The translations under genes and the position numbers were made by a program. From contig JAUVXW010000002.1 of NCBI GenBank assembly GCA_030603385.1, forward strand, positions 64,001-128,000: a stretch of DNA of 64,000 nt, read 5' to 3'. A model generated the notes under the pieces. That model worked only from the letters and a program-made list of their open reading frames with translations, was not told the origin of the DNA and did no database searches. This document shows, piece after piece, positions 1 to 9,488 of this stretch (positions within the stretch are counted from its first letter, which is position 1; each line of letters opens with the position of its first letter). The DNA is from Promethearchaeota archaeon (GTDB lineage Archaea > Asgardarchaeota > Lokiarchaeia > Sigyniarchaeales > SOKP01).

Positions 1-2
1 TA

Positions 3-227
3 TGCATGTTTGATGAGGCAGGTATGTTTTTAGATGAAAAAAATTCAGAAGTGGCTTATCAATTGATTAAATCAACGTTAGAACAGAATCCTATCCAATT
101 GTTCATGTTTTTGCCTAAATCTTCATCTTCATTGTTTTTGCTTGCTGAAAAAATAATTGGAATTGCTAGAGCTGGTAAAAATGAAATCTCCTCGGTTTTT
201 AGACCAAAAATAATAAAAAAGAAATAA
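3..227 (+). CDS. C-terminal end of an SMC-family ATPase, Smc5/6-like (5' part outside the window)
   Basis: Walker B/D-loop CMFDEAGMFLDEKN. The H-loop region reads QLFMFLPK, with Pro as in Smc5/6 rather than His. Followed by kleisin-like and KITE-like genes. Confidence 0.7.
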   Translation, partial: CMFDEAGMFLDEKNSEVAYQLIKSTLEQNPIQLFMFLPKSSSSLFLLAEKIIGIARAGKNEISSVFRPKIIKKK

Positions 228-237
228 AAATATAAAA

Positions 238-888
238 ATGGGAGAATATAAAGATTTTTCTGAAGAGATAAATAGAAAAATAGAGGAAATTCAAACAAAA
301 GTTATTACAGGGGAAGTGACTCTATTAGATGTAGAATTGTTTCCTATTTTTGAAAATTTAAAGGATTCACTTAATACTGGCAATCTTAATAGATATTCTA
401 TCACATATAAGAATGCTTTTCAGCTTCTAATTCAAAAATTTGAAGAATTAAAAATTTTAATTAATAATATTGATAGAAAGGAAGGATTTTTAAAATTTCT
501 AAAATCAAATCCAGAAGATTCAGAAATTTATCAATTGCTTAACGAATGTTGGATAAAACCTTTCAATATTGAATCTCTTTCTTTGGATTTTCTTGAATAT
601 TCCAGAGATAAGCTAAGTATTAAGAGAGGTTATCCAACAAGTATAGAACATATAGAAAAAGTGGAAGTGAAAGGTACTTTTTTATTAGAAGTTCCTGAAC
701 AAAAATTTACTGAAAAAATGTTAAATTTCTACAACAATATTAAAAATAAACTTCCTTGCTCATTTGATGAGATATTTGAAGACGATCAAAATCAAATTAG
801 AATTTATGAAAATTTTGTATATCTTTTACATTTACTCCAATTAGGGAAAATAAAATACCAAAAGGAGACGAATTTTTTATTTATATAA
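238..888 (+). CDS. Kleisin-like SMC partner (ScpA/Nse4-like)
   Basis: C-terminal winged-helix motif FVYLLHLLQLGKIKYQKE, like ScpA FLALLELxxxGxI; 10 nt downstream of the SMC gene. Confidence 0.65.
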   Translation: MGEYKDFSEEINRKIEEIQTKVITGEVTLLDVELFPIFENLKDSLNTGNLNRYSITYKNAFQLLIQKFEELKILINNIDRKEGFLKFLKSNPEDSEIYQLLNECWIKPFNIESLSLDFLEYSRDKLSIKRGYPTSIEHIEKVEVKGTFLLEVPEQKFTEKMLNFYNNIKNKLPCSFDEIFEDDQNQIRIYENFVYLLHLLQLGKIKYQKETNFLFI

Positions 889-892
889 TGAG

Positions 893-1429
893 TTGTTAAA
901 AATTATGAATGAATTCACAATTTTAATGCATTTATTAAGTAATAAAACAAATAAAATTCACATAGGTGCTTCTAAAGAAGAAATTCTAAAAGCATTAAAT
1001 ATTCATGGAAAAAATGAATCTATATATTTTCAAGATTTAATTACGCACTTATCAAGTTACATTGAACCATTAGGGCTTCAAATTCGATTTAATCCCCTAA
1101 GTACTCGTTGGTATATTGCATTTGATATATTCACATCTGATTTTGTATCTGCCAATCCTTTTGAGGGTAGACCAAGGTTAGCTGCAACATTATTTTGCAC
1201 TTTAATTTACTGTCTTAAAAATTTGGGTATTGCTAAAATTCAAGATATAAAAGAAATTAGAAAGAAGAAACATATTATCGAAGATTTGAAGGAATTGCGG
1301 AACATGGGGTATTTACAACTTGATGAAAAACTAGGAAAGGTAAATCTAACTCCTCTTATTGGATATCAACTAGATCTGAATAAACTCTTTATAAAATTAG
1401 CTTTAAAAGTAAAAGATCAAAAAAGTTGA
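893..1429 (+). CDS. KITE-like tandem winged-helix SMC subunit (ScpB/Nse1-like)
   Basis: Two WH-like halves (LITHLSSYIEPLGLQIRF; LKELRNMGYLQLDE); third gene of the SMC operon. Confidence 0.55.
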   Translation: MLKIMNEFTILMHLLSNKTNKIHIGASKEEILKALNIHGKNESIYFQDLITHLSSYIEPLGLQIRFNPLSTRWYIAFDIFTSDFVSANPFEGRPRLAATLFCTLIYCLKNLGIAKIQDIKEIRKKKHIIEDLKELRNMGYLQLDEKLGKVNLTPLIGYQLDLNKLFIKLALKVKDQKS

Positions 1430-1445
1430 ATTTTTAACTAAAAAA

Positions 1446-1547
1446 TTAGAAATTTGAAAAGACAGCTACTATTTGCGTTGTTATTCGGGAAATTGTAATT
1501 ATACCCTTTTCCTTTTCCTTTGCCCTTTTCCTATCACCGCCAGGAGT
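1446..1547 (-). pseudogene. Short paralogous remnant of the adjacent small GTPase
   Basis: Translates to TPGGDRKRAKEKEKGIITISRITTQIVAVFSNF*, versus APGGDRARAVVKMGIITISRIATQIVAVFSLD in the neighbouring gene; no canonical start. Confidence 0.7.
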
Positions 1548-1691
1548 AAGATTGATTTGATTGATAAATTATTATTAAATTATTGAAGAAAAACAATATT
1601 TCTTCAACATTTTATGAACAATTATAAAAAGAGAATTTTACTAATGATAAATTTTTAAATCTTGAATTTTTAACTTAGAAAATTGAAAATT

Positions 1692-2330
1692 TCATTGTTT
1701 TGTAGTAATTTCTAGTATCATTTCAGCTACTCTATTGTTGAATTTTTCAACATCCGCGAAGTCTTCAACAGTTTCTCCACATGTTATAAAAAATTCATTT
1801 ATGGCTATTTTTCGAGTATCAAAAAATTCTTGAATTTGGGTTTTCATTTCATCAATTTTTTTATCCCTATTTCCTTCGAGCAAGTCGACCTTATTAATAC
1901 ACACATTTATTTTATCCGGGAAAAATCTTACATCGTTGAAGAATTCAAATTGACGGTCTAAATCCCTGTCAAGTGAAAAAACAGCCACTATTTGCGTAGC
2001 GATACGAGAGATTGTTATGATTCCCATCTTGACAACAGCGCGAGCTCTATCACCACCAGGAGCGAAGATCGTATGAGCTCTGTTGCTCGAGTCTTCTCGA
2101 AACACAATTCGGTTAGGATGGATTGTTTTTGTCTCTTTTTGATTAAGAGCATCTTCCTTATCTCCTCCAGGTACTGTTGCTTCACCTGAAAAATCAGCTT
2201 TAACTACAGAGCATTTTACTCCACCTTCAACTTTTTCAATATCACCCTTTTTCAAATACCGTACAAATAACCGAAGAATACTAGTTTTTCCAACACTAAC
2301 ATCACCTAACAATCCAATGTTTACGATTAT
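1692..2330 (-). CDS. Small Ras-superfamily GTPase with atypical G3 (MglA-like); probable ATA/ATC start
   Basis: G1 GDVSVGKT, G4 NKVD, G3 FAPGG lacking Asp. The beta-1 strand IIVNIGL lies upstream of the first TTG; GAAGGTGA SD at 2334-2341. Confidence 0.8.
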   Translation of the reverse strand: MIVNIGLLGDVSVGKTSILRLFVRYLKKGDIEKVEGGVKCSVVKADFSGEATVPGGDKEDALNQKETKTIHPNRIVFREDSSNRAHTIFAPGGDRARAVVKMGIITISRIATQIVAVFSLDRDLDRQFEFFNDVRFFPDKINVCINKVDLLEGNRDKKIDEMKTQIQEFFDTRKIAINEFFITCGETVEDFADVEKFNNRVAEMILEITTKQ

Positions 2331-3145
2331 ACTTCACCTTCTAATAGCTTATTTAATAATAATTCATAGTCTGGTATTAGAAATTGTTCGAGTAGAGCAT
2401 TATTATGAGCGTGAATAAGAGCAATTAACACTTCTTTCATATTTTTTGCTTTTTTTGAATATTTTACTAAATTGTCTGAAGTAGGCTCTTCATTAAAATC
2501 TCTTGCGTGTTCTTCAAATCCAAATCTTGATAGATCAGGTAATGCATTAAAAAATCCAAAAGCAGAATAGCCCTGATATTGATAAAACACGAAGAATCTT
2601 GTTTTGATATTTTTAATTACACTAGATAAATAAGTTGATGGATAAATTTCTCCCAAGGTTAATTCTTCATCTTGTTTTATCACGAAATAAGGAGAAATTG
2701 GAGAAACTTGCGAACCGTACATTTCTTTAGGAGGAATAGAAATGAATGGAAGTTTTTCTGATACTATTGTCCAGAGGTCTTCTCTTCTTTTCTCTAACAA
2801 AATATCTTTAATCTCATCATAAGCAAAGTAGAAGTCTGATTGCAACGCTAATAGAGAACTTAAATAAACTGATATTGAAGCAAACGTAGCTTCTAATATA
2901 GGTCGTCTCCCGCCATTTGACTCTGAGGGTTTAACAGCACCTTTCCATGCCCTTAATCCTGAATACGCAAATGATTTAACATCAAAAAAGGCTCCTGAAA
3001 GAAATAAAAAAGATGGAGCATCCCCTTTATCACCAGTTAATAAATCCATAGATCTTTCAATTAAAATGCTTTCTAATTTAGCATCATGAAATCTAGAGTG
3101 AACTATGGGCATTTGTAACCAAGATTTTTTCTTTGCCAAAATCAC
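2327..3145 (-). CDS. Hypothetical protein coupled to the GTPase; possibly a divergent roadblock/MglB-like fold with insertion
   Basis: 272-aa ORF whose stop overlaps the GTPase start (ATAA); fold is inferred only from the helix/strand pattern. Confidence 0.6.
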   Translation of the reverse strand: MILAKKKSWLQMPIVHSRFHDAKLESILIERSMDLLTGDKGDAPSFLFLSGAFFDVKSFAYSGLRAWKGAVKPSESNGGRRPILEATFASISVYLSSLLALQSDFYFAYDEIKDILLEKRREDLWTIVSEKLPFISIPPKEMYGSQVSPISPYFVIKQDEELTLGEIYPSTYLSSVIKNIKTRFFVFYQYQGYSAFGFFNALPDLSRFGFEEHARDFNEEPTSDNLVKYSKKAKNMKEVLIALIHAHNNALLEQFLIPDYELLLNKLLEGEV

Positions 3146-3293
3146 TACACTCTTTTTATTAATTTCGATAAAATTATAAAGGACTGCTGAATAATTAATT
3201 TTTCCTATTTTAATTAAACAATATATTATCTCAATATAATTATTTGCAATTAATAAGAACAGATCAAGATAGAATCTTAAAAACTGAACTTCT

Positions 3294-3917
3294 TTAGCTA
3301 CCTATTTCTTTGGCTAAAAGCTCTCTCATTTTTGAAGTGATCAAATCAAATTCTTGAATTGTTTTTAAATTAGAGATTTTTATACGCTCTATCAATTTAG
3401 AATTCTTAAAATAATCATAATTCAAATCTAAATCGGGATTAATATCTTTGATTTTCAAAAGTGCTCCTCTTAAAAAAATGCCTATGAAATCTTCGGATGT
3501 TTCTCTTATTTCTCTATCCATAGGATCAAGAAGTTTTATCTCAACTTTATTAAAATCTAAGAAATTTAACACGCATAATAATTTTGATTCTTTTTCTTTT
3601 CTCTTAGAAAAAATCTTTCTTTTAATATTTGTACCTTTTACTCTTTCCTTAGGTATTTCTTCTACGAAATATTGTTCCTCAGTTGGCTTTTTTTCGACTT
3701 CCTGTAAAGATCTTGAGTAAATTTTATCTGCACTCTGAAAAGATTTATCAGATACAAGCGAATTAAGGAAATTTAAGACTTCCCTTAATTCAGAAATCTC
3801 TATTTGTAACTCTTCAAGTTGTTCTTTCTTTTTATAATAGAGATTTTGAATTTTACTTAGCATCTGTGATAATTTTTCAATCTCAGTTTCATTATCTCCA
3901 AGATCCATTGATTTCAT
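3294..3917 (-). CDS. Hypothetical protein with N-terminal coiled coil
   Basis: 207-aa ORF; heptad-rich N-terminus. Confidence 0.6.
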   Translation of the reverse strand: MKSMDLGDNETEIEKLSQMLSKIQNLYYKKKEQLEELQIEISELREVLNFLNSLVSDKSFQSADKIYSRSLQEVEKKPTEEQYFVEEIPKERVKGTNIKRKIFSKRKEKESKLLCVLNFLDFNKVEIKLLDPMDREIRETSEDFIGIFLRGALLKIKDINPDLDLNYDYFKNSKLIERIKISNLKTIQEFDLITSKMRELLAKEIGS

Positions 3918-3997
3918 ATATGTTTTATAAGAAATTAAATTTATTTAAAAATTAATGCTATTGTTAAATTAAGTAATTTTTTTAAAGTGAGATTAAA

Positions 3998-4870
3998 ATG
4001 CAATCCATGATAATAACTCCCAATCCTTCAGATCCTGAAGTTCGAATATTATGTAATGAATTCGAGAAAAAAGGCTATAATGTGGAATTTTTTATCCCCT
4101 CAACAATGAAAGTAATGGTTTCATTCAAGGAGAAGTTTAAAGAAAAATTTGAAAACCTTGAACCTAGAGCAGCTTTGGTGAGAGGTTTTGGTGCTGCTGC
4201 TACTCAAAAAATTTTTTTTAGGCTTGATATCTTAAGAGCAATTGAAGAATATGATGTTAAATTAATAAATTCAAGGGAATCTTTAGAAATCGCGAGTGAT
4301 AAATTTTTAACTTCAATATTTCTTGAGAAACATAAAATTCCAACACCTAAAACAATCATATGTGAAGACCCTAATAAAGCGTTAGAAGCTTTTGAAGATT
4401 TAGGAGGAGACTGTGTCTTTAAACCTCTTTTTGGATCAAAAGGTATAGGAATCACTCGTTTGAATGACAAAGCGTTTGCTGAAAATGTTTTATATTCTTT
4501 AGGTCGGCTAAATGAAGTATTTTATCTGCAAAAATTTATCGAACATAATAAGAGAGATATCAGAATTCTAGTTTTGGGTGATAGGGTTGTCGCTGGGATG
4601 TATCGAGTAGGCGATAGCTGGAAAACAAATATCTATGCTGGTGCAAAAGCGGAGCCTTTAGAAATTTCAGAAGAATTAGAAAACCTAGCAATCAAAGCAG
4701 CTCAAGTGACCAAAACTGAAATTGCTGGAGTAGATCTAATTGAAGGAAAAAAGGGTTTTCTTGTATTGGAAGTCAATTCAATTCCGGGTTTTACAGCCTT
4801 ACAAAAAGTTACTTCTGTTAATATAGCAGAAGAAATAGTTGAATATTTTTTAAAAGAAAGCAAGGGATAA
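3998..4870 (+). CDS. RimK-family ATP-grasp alpha-L-glutamate ligase (MptN/CofF/RimK-like)
   Basis: KPLFGSKGIG, RDIRILV, WKTNIYAGA, GVDL..EVNSIPGF motifs. Confidence 0.9.
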   Translation: MQSMIITPNPSDPEVRILCNEFEKKGYNVEFFIPSTMKVMVSFKEKFKEKFENLEPRAALVRGFGAAATQKIFFRLDILRAIEEYDVKLINSRESLEIASDKFLTSIFLEKHKIPTPKTIICEDPNKALEAFEDLGGDCVFKPLFGSKGIGITRLNDKAFAENVLYSLGRLNEVFYLQKFIEHNKRDIRILVLGDRVVAGMYRVGDSWKTNIYAGAKAEPLEISEELENLAIKAAQVTKTEIAGVDLIEGKKGFLVLEVNSIPGFTALQKVTSVNIAEEIVEYFLKESKG

Positions 4871-4937
4871 AAGGAACTTATTTAAAAAAAAGAAAAAAAA
4901 TAATAAGATTATAAAGAGCCAAATTATCAATCTCAAT

Positions 4938-5273
4938 TTAAAGATCTTCAATTAATCCTATTAAGAAAGCAATTAATACTAATACTCCTGCGATTATGTC
5001 GACAAAAACAAATAATAATATTGCTAAAATCAAAAGAACAAACCAATGAAATGGGATCGGATTATTAGGTTTTAATGCAACCCAGAATGTAAAAATTACC
5101 ACTACTAATCCAATAATAAAGTTAACAACAATATGTACTCCAACATCAATTGGTAAAACTTGATATTGATCACCGATATCTGTAAGCCTAAGTATTAAAT
5201 ATACTAACCCTACAATAGCACCTAAAATCGTCAATAATTTCATTAATTGTCCATTTTTGTATTTTTTAGTCAA
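4938..5273 (-). CDS. Small membrane protein
   Basis: Three to four hydrophobic segments. Confidence 0.65.
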   Translation of the reverse strand: MTKKYKNGQLMKLLTILGAIVGLVYLILRLTDIGDQYQVLPIDVGVHIVVNFIIGLVVVIFTFWVALKPNNPIPFHWFVLLILAILLFVFVDIIAGVLVLIAFLIGLIEDL

Positions 5274-5429
5274 TTTGTATCAACTCATTTGAAATAATAG
5301 TTTCTATTAAGTCATTAAGTTATAAAAGCATTTATATTTCAATTTAGAAATACCAAAAAAGTTTGTTTAGCTTTATTTAAAACGACTTTACAAGAGGTTA
5401 AAATCAAAATTCGTGGCTGTTAGGATCAA

Positions 5430-5657
5430 TTGTATAATATCACGATATTTTTCTATTTTAAATACGATTTGTTTTGTAAAAACCATGTGATTGACGAAAA
5501 AATAAATCGATATAAGCATGAAATTAACCTTGCAAAAAAAATATCTAGTATGATACATGCTGATGGAGATTACTATGAAAATTTGATAATCAAATTTCAA
5601 AAAATCATAAGGTTTTATGAAGATTTAAAAATTTGGAGAAAAATTTCAGAAAGTTAG
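5430..5657 (+). CDS. Small hypothetical protein or degraded gene
   Basis: 75-aa ORF; the upstream frame looks coding but has in-frame TAG stops. Confidence 0.3.
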   Translation: MYNITIFFYFKYDLFCKNHVIDEKINRYKHEINLAKKISSMIHADGDYYENLIIKFQKIIRFYEDLKIWRKISES

Positions 5658-5668
5658 GACTTATAATC

Positions 5669-6283
5669 TTACACGAGAAACAAATTTATTCCAAATTCGT
5701 TTTTTAGGGTTTCATATAATTTATGCATAGGGAATCCGATTACATTTGAAGAAGATCCATTTATTTTTTTAATGAATAGACTTGCTTTATCACTTATTGA
5801 GTATGCTCCAGCACGTCCTTTCCATTCATTAATTTTAACATAACCACGTATTTCTTCATCTGAAAGGTTTAAAAATTCGACCGATGTTGTATCATAGTCT
5901 ATAAAAATTTTTGGATTGTTAGTCTCGGTAATTGCCATTCCTGTAATAAGATTATGAGACTTACCCATTAATTTTTTTAGAATAACAATTGCTTCCTTTT
6001 TGTTTTTAGCCTTACCTATAATTTCACCATTTAATTCTACAATAGTATCCGCTGCGATAATAATAGCTTGCGAATTTTTCTTTAATAACTCTTTTTTAGC
6101 ATATAACGCTTTAGCTTTTGCTAATTCTTTTACCAATAAAATTGGATCGGAAAATTTCTCCTTAAATTCTCTTTCATCAATATTAGATGCTAAAACTTCA
6201 AAAGGAATGCCAGAATGTTTGAAGATATTTCCACGATCTACGGATTTTGAAGCTAATATAATTTTTTTCAATACTATTACCAA
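5669..6283 (-). CDS. maf: Maf-family nucleoside triphosphate pyrophosphatase
   Basis: IILASKSVDR, ADTIV..IIGK, EWKGRAGAYSI, NVIGFP. Confidence 0.92.
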   Translation of the reverse strand: MVIVLKKIILASKSVDRGNIFKHSGIPFEVLASNIDEREFKEKFSDPILLVKELAKAKALYAKKELLKKNSQAIIIAADTIVELNGEIIGKAKNKKEAIVILKKLMGKSHNLITGMAITETNNPKIFIDYDTTSVEFLNLSDEEIRGYVKINEWKGRAGAYSISDKASLFIKKINGSSSNVIGFPMHKLYETLKNEFGINLFLV

Positions 6284-6448
6284 TGGATTGGAATTTTAGG
6301 ATTAACTAGCTATAAGAAGAATTTTCTTGTAAATTTTATTAGTTAGTTTATTTTGAATTTAATAACTCTGGATAAGTGAAGAAATACATATAATTAAATA
6401 GCTATTAAGTACAAATATAGAATAAATATTAAAAATATCCGGTTCGAT

Positions 6449-7552
6449 ATGGAATATTTCAATGTATGGTTTATTCTTATTGTCTTCTTTTATTTCCTTA
6501 TTCTTTTTAATTTCATGTATTTATCACACAAACCAGATTTTTTAAATAACATAACTGGATTTGGGACTCTATTCTTTGTTTTTACTCATATCCTTTTATT
6601 TATAGTATTAATGAATCAAGAAAGCTCATTACGAACAGTAATAGTACCATTGTGGTTATTAACTCTCAGTATCCCCTTACTATTACCTGTTATTTTAATT
6701 TTACTTTCTACGTTATTGATGTATGGGTTCAAAAAAATTACTAAAAAGGATCTAACTTCTGCTGGAAAAAAATTAGAAGAAAAACAAAAAATTTGGAGTA
6801 AAGCTAAAAAAGACTCACTCAGAAAATTAAATCATGTCTTAATTTTTATTGGTCTTGTAGTTATATGGTATGCTGGGTTATATATTGTTATAGATTATAC
6901 AGGTTCCTCAACAGGTATGGTTCCTGAAGAAAATAACATGCTTTCACTATATTTAAAGTTAATTGATGAACCAAATTCGATTACTGAAGTTCTATTTTCA
7001 TTAGGTTGGTTTTATTATCTATTATTTTTCTTTTTTTATGTTTTTAGTCTATTCATTCTAGCGAATGAATTTGCACGAAAATCAAGACGAATCTCGTTTC
7101 CTTTTACTTTTTTTACTAAAATATATCTTGATGAGAAAGAGCAACAAAATTATGGTACATATTTATATTTTGCGATTGGTCAGATGTTTGCTGCTTTTGT
7201 CTGTCCTCCGATGGTCTTTTTTACAATATTAGGAATTAGTTCAATTAGTGATTTAATGACAAGTCAAATTGGTATAAGATTTGGAAAAACACATATTCCA
7301 TGGAATGGAAATAAAACCTGGGAAGGAACAATTGCAGGTACATTAGCCACTTTAGTAATATGTTTTTTGTTTGTTGGAATTTTCTGGTCATTAATTTTTA
7401 CTTTAGCATTTTTAATTTTCGATATTTTTACTAATAAACCAATTAATCTATCAGATAATTTACTAATACCAATTGGTTGTAGTCTTATCTATTTATTTAT
7501 ACGGTTCTTCTTTAATTTAGATTATAATACAATTATACTATCTTGGATTTAA
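6449..7552 (+). CDS. CTP-dependent dolichol/phytol/diacylglycerol kinase family (Sec59/Dgk1-like) membrane protein
   Basis: RKLNH motif, DLMTSQIGIRFG..KTWEGTIAG, SDNLLIP; many TM helices. Confidence 0.85.
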   Translation: MEYFNVWFILIVFFYFLILFNFMYLSHKPDFLNNITGFGTLFFVFTHILLFIVLMNQESSLRTVIVPLWLLTLSIPLLLPVILILLSTLLMYGFKKITKKDLTSAGKKLEEKQKIWSKAKKDSLRKLNHVLIFIGLVVIWYAGLYIVIDYTGSSTGMVPEENNMLSLYLKLIDEPNSITEVLFSLGWFYYLLFFFFYVFSLFILANEFARKSRRISFPFTFFTKIYLDEKEQQNYGTYLYFAIGQMFAAFVCPPMVFFTILGISSISDLMTSQIGIRFGKTHIPWNGNKTWEGTIAGTLATLVICFLFVGIFWSLIFTLAFLIFDIFTNKPINLSDNLLIPIGCSLIYLFIRFFFNLDYNTIILSWI

Positions 7553-7600
7553 AAGGATCTGTAAAAATTTTTAAATTATTCAACGTTAAGAGTTAACAAC

Positions 7601-8632
7601 ATGTATTTCTTAGCTAGCAGCATAATTTTAATTGGATATTCAATTTTAACATTAACTTACACTATTAAAAATAGAAAAATAAAGATAGAAAACAATATTT
7701 TTACAAATGAGATTTTAATTGCGGTTTTGTTTTTAATAGCAGGGGTTCTTTTTCCTTTTATGTATCAGTTTCATTCTCCCAAATTAAGCCAAAATTCATT
7801 AAATTGTATGTGGTTATTTACCTCAACCTTTTTTATAGTAGAAATGGGAATATGGGTAATTATGTTTCTTTATAATGGGATTATTGCAAAAAGGGATCCC
7901 GAAATCATGGCAGAAAGGGATTACAATAAGTACTGCAAAGAATTTAATAAGAATGGGGTAAATAATTTGAGGAGCGAGGTAGGTAGAAAATTTTTGCATC
8001 TATTTGCATGTTTTGTAATCTTTTTCTTTTGGACATTAGGACTTATTCTTGAGGATCTGGGAATCTTAACCCAATGGGATCTAGATAATTATAGTTTCTC
8101 ATATTGGTTGATTATTACTTTAGGTTTTGGATTTGTAATTATGTTTCAAATGGGAGATCTGGCACGACTGAACAAATTCTACTTACTTCCTAAATGGAGT
8201 AAGCGATGGTATATGTCTATGCGACAGGAAGAGCAATATACCTTTATTGCTTCTATTCCATTAGTATTATCATTTACACCCTTTTTATTTGCTCCATTTC
8301 CTATTTTTGGAGCGGTTGTTTTAATAACAACGGGGGCTGACGCAGTTGCTTGCATAATTGGAATAAAATATGGAAGACATAGTCTTAGAAAAAATTCAAA
8401 TAAGACAATTGAAGGATTTTTTGCTGGTGGTGTATCAACATTTTTAATCGTTATTAGTATTTTGGCTCTATATCATCCATGGATGCCCATAAGCATCTTA
8501 AAAATATTTTTAATGGCTTCCATTGCCACTGTTTTATTCTTATTAATTGATAGATTTGCTAGGAATATCTCTGATAACATTTTAAATCCAATACTCACAG
8601 GATTTGGCATCTGGATTATTTTTCTTCTTTAA
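7601..8632 (+). CDS. Second Sec59/Dgk1-family CTP-dependent lipid kinase
   Basis: RKFLH, DAVACIIGIKYG..KTIEGFFAG, SDNILNP. Confidence 0.85.
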   Translation: MYFLASSIILIGYSILTLTYTIKNRKIKIENNIFTNEILIAVLFLIAGVLFPFMYQFHSPKLSQNSLNCMWLFTSTFFIVEMGIWVIMFLYNGIIAKRDPEIMAERDYNKYCKEFNKNGVNNLRSEVGRKFLHLFACFVIFFFWTLGLILEDLGILTQWDLDNYSFSYWLIITLGFGFVIMFQMGDLARLNKFYLLPKWSKRWYMSMRQEEQYTFIASIPLVLSFTPFLFAPFPIFGAVVLITTGADAVACIIGIKYGRHSLRKNSNKTIEGFFAGGVSTFLIVISILALYHPWMPISILKIFLMASIATVLFLLIDRFARNISDNILNPILTGFGIWIIFLL

Positions 8633-8643
8633 AATATTGGAAT

Positions 8644-8934
8644 TTATCCACCAAAATAAATGTAGATAAAAACTATTTGATCTCCATCTTTTAATCTTGT
8701 TTCTAAGAACTTATCATGCTGATAACTCCTTCCATTTATAATAATAGATAAAAGTTTACTAAAGACTCCTATATTTCCTTTTTCCCAAACTAAATCAGTA
8801 AATTTTTCCCCAAAATTCTGTCCAAAATACTCAATTAAATCAGCTAGAGATATTTCTTTTTCAAATTCAAATATTTCGTTTAAACTTTTAGTGACTTCGT
8901 TAAACGGAGGAGAAAATTCAAGGTGTAATTTCAT
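8644..8934 (-). CDS. MoaD/ThiS/SAMP-type ubiquitin-like protein
   Basis: IIINGR..LKDGDQIVF and C-terminal GG. Confidence 0.85.
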   Translation of the reverse strand: MKLHLEFSPPFNEVTKSLNEIFEFEKEISLADLIEYFGQNFGEKFTDLVWEKGNIGVFSKLLSIIINGRSYQHDKFLETRLKDGDQIVFIYIYFGG

Positions 8935-9046
8935 ATTCTAATTAAACCCATTAGTTTAATTCCATTATGATTTTAAAGTAAAAGGTTTATTAAAAATTTA
9001 ATGTTAATAAAAAATAAAAAAAAGAAATCTAATTCAATTACAAAAT

Positions 9047-9223
9047 TTAATCATCATCTTCAGTAGCTTCTTCCATAGCCTTCTTAAATCCTTTTTTAAC
9101 GCTACCTTTCTTTATTCCTTTTTTAACACCTTTTCCTAAAGCCTCTGAACCAGTTACGCTTTCAACAAGCCCACCGGTAGCTTTAGCAAAGCCCTTCTTA
9201 AGCTTCTTACCAAACCCACCCAT
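9047..9223 (-). CDS. Small Gly/Lys-rich protein with acidic tail
   Basis: ATG at 9223 after a GAGTGTGA SD-like sequence; codon pattern looks coding. Confidence 0.6.
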   Translation of the reverse strand: MGGFGKKLKKGFAKATGGLVESVTGSEALGKGVKKGIKKGSVKKGFKKAMEEATEDDD

Positions 9224-9488
9224 AAAAATCACACTCTTTTGTTATCTTTTTTCTTGATTAAATTGTGGTAAATTGTTACAATATTCTTATATTAACATAA
9301 TGTAAATTTGGGTATTATAAATGTTATGGAAGTCTTTAAGTAAATATCAATTAAGATAATCTGATTTAGTAGAATTAAAAATTTATTATACTCAACAGAA
9401 TTTTATTAAATTTTTAACAAATAGATTCTAATAATGTTGTTAGTAAATATCCATATCAATTCTATTAATTAATATTTTATCAAATTGT

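Noticed and set aside
5340-5430. TAG read-through (pyrrolysine) upstream of ORF 5430-5657
   Set aside because: More than one in-frame TAG, no recognisable family and no pyl genes in the window; decay is the simpler explanation
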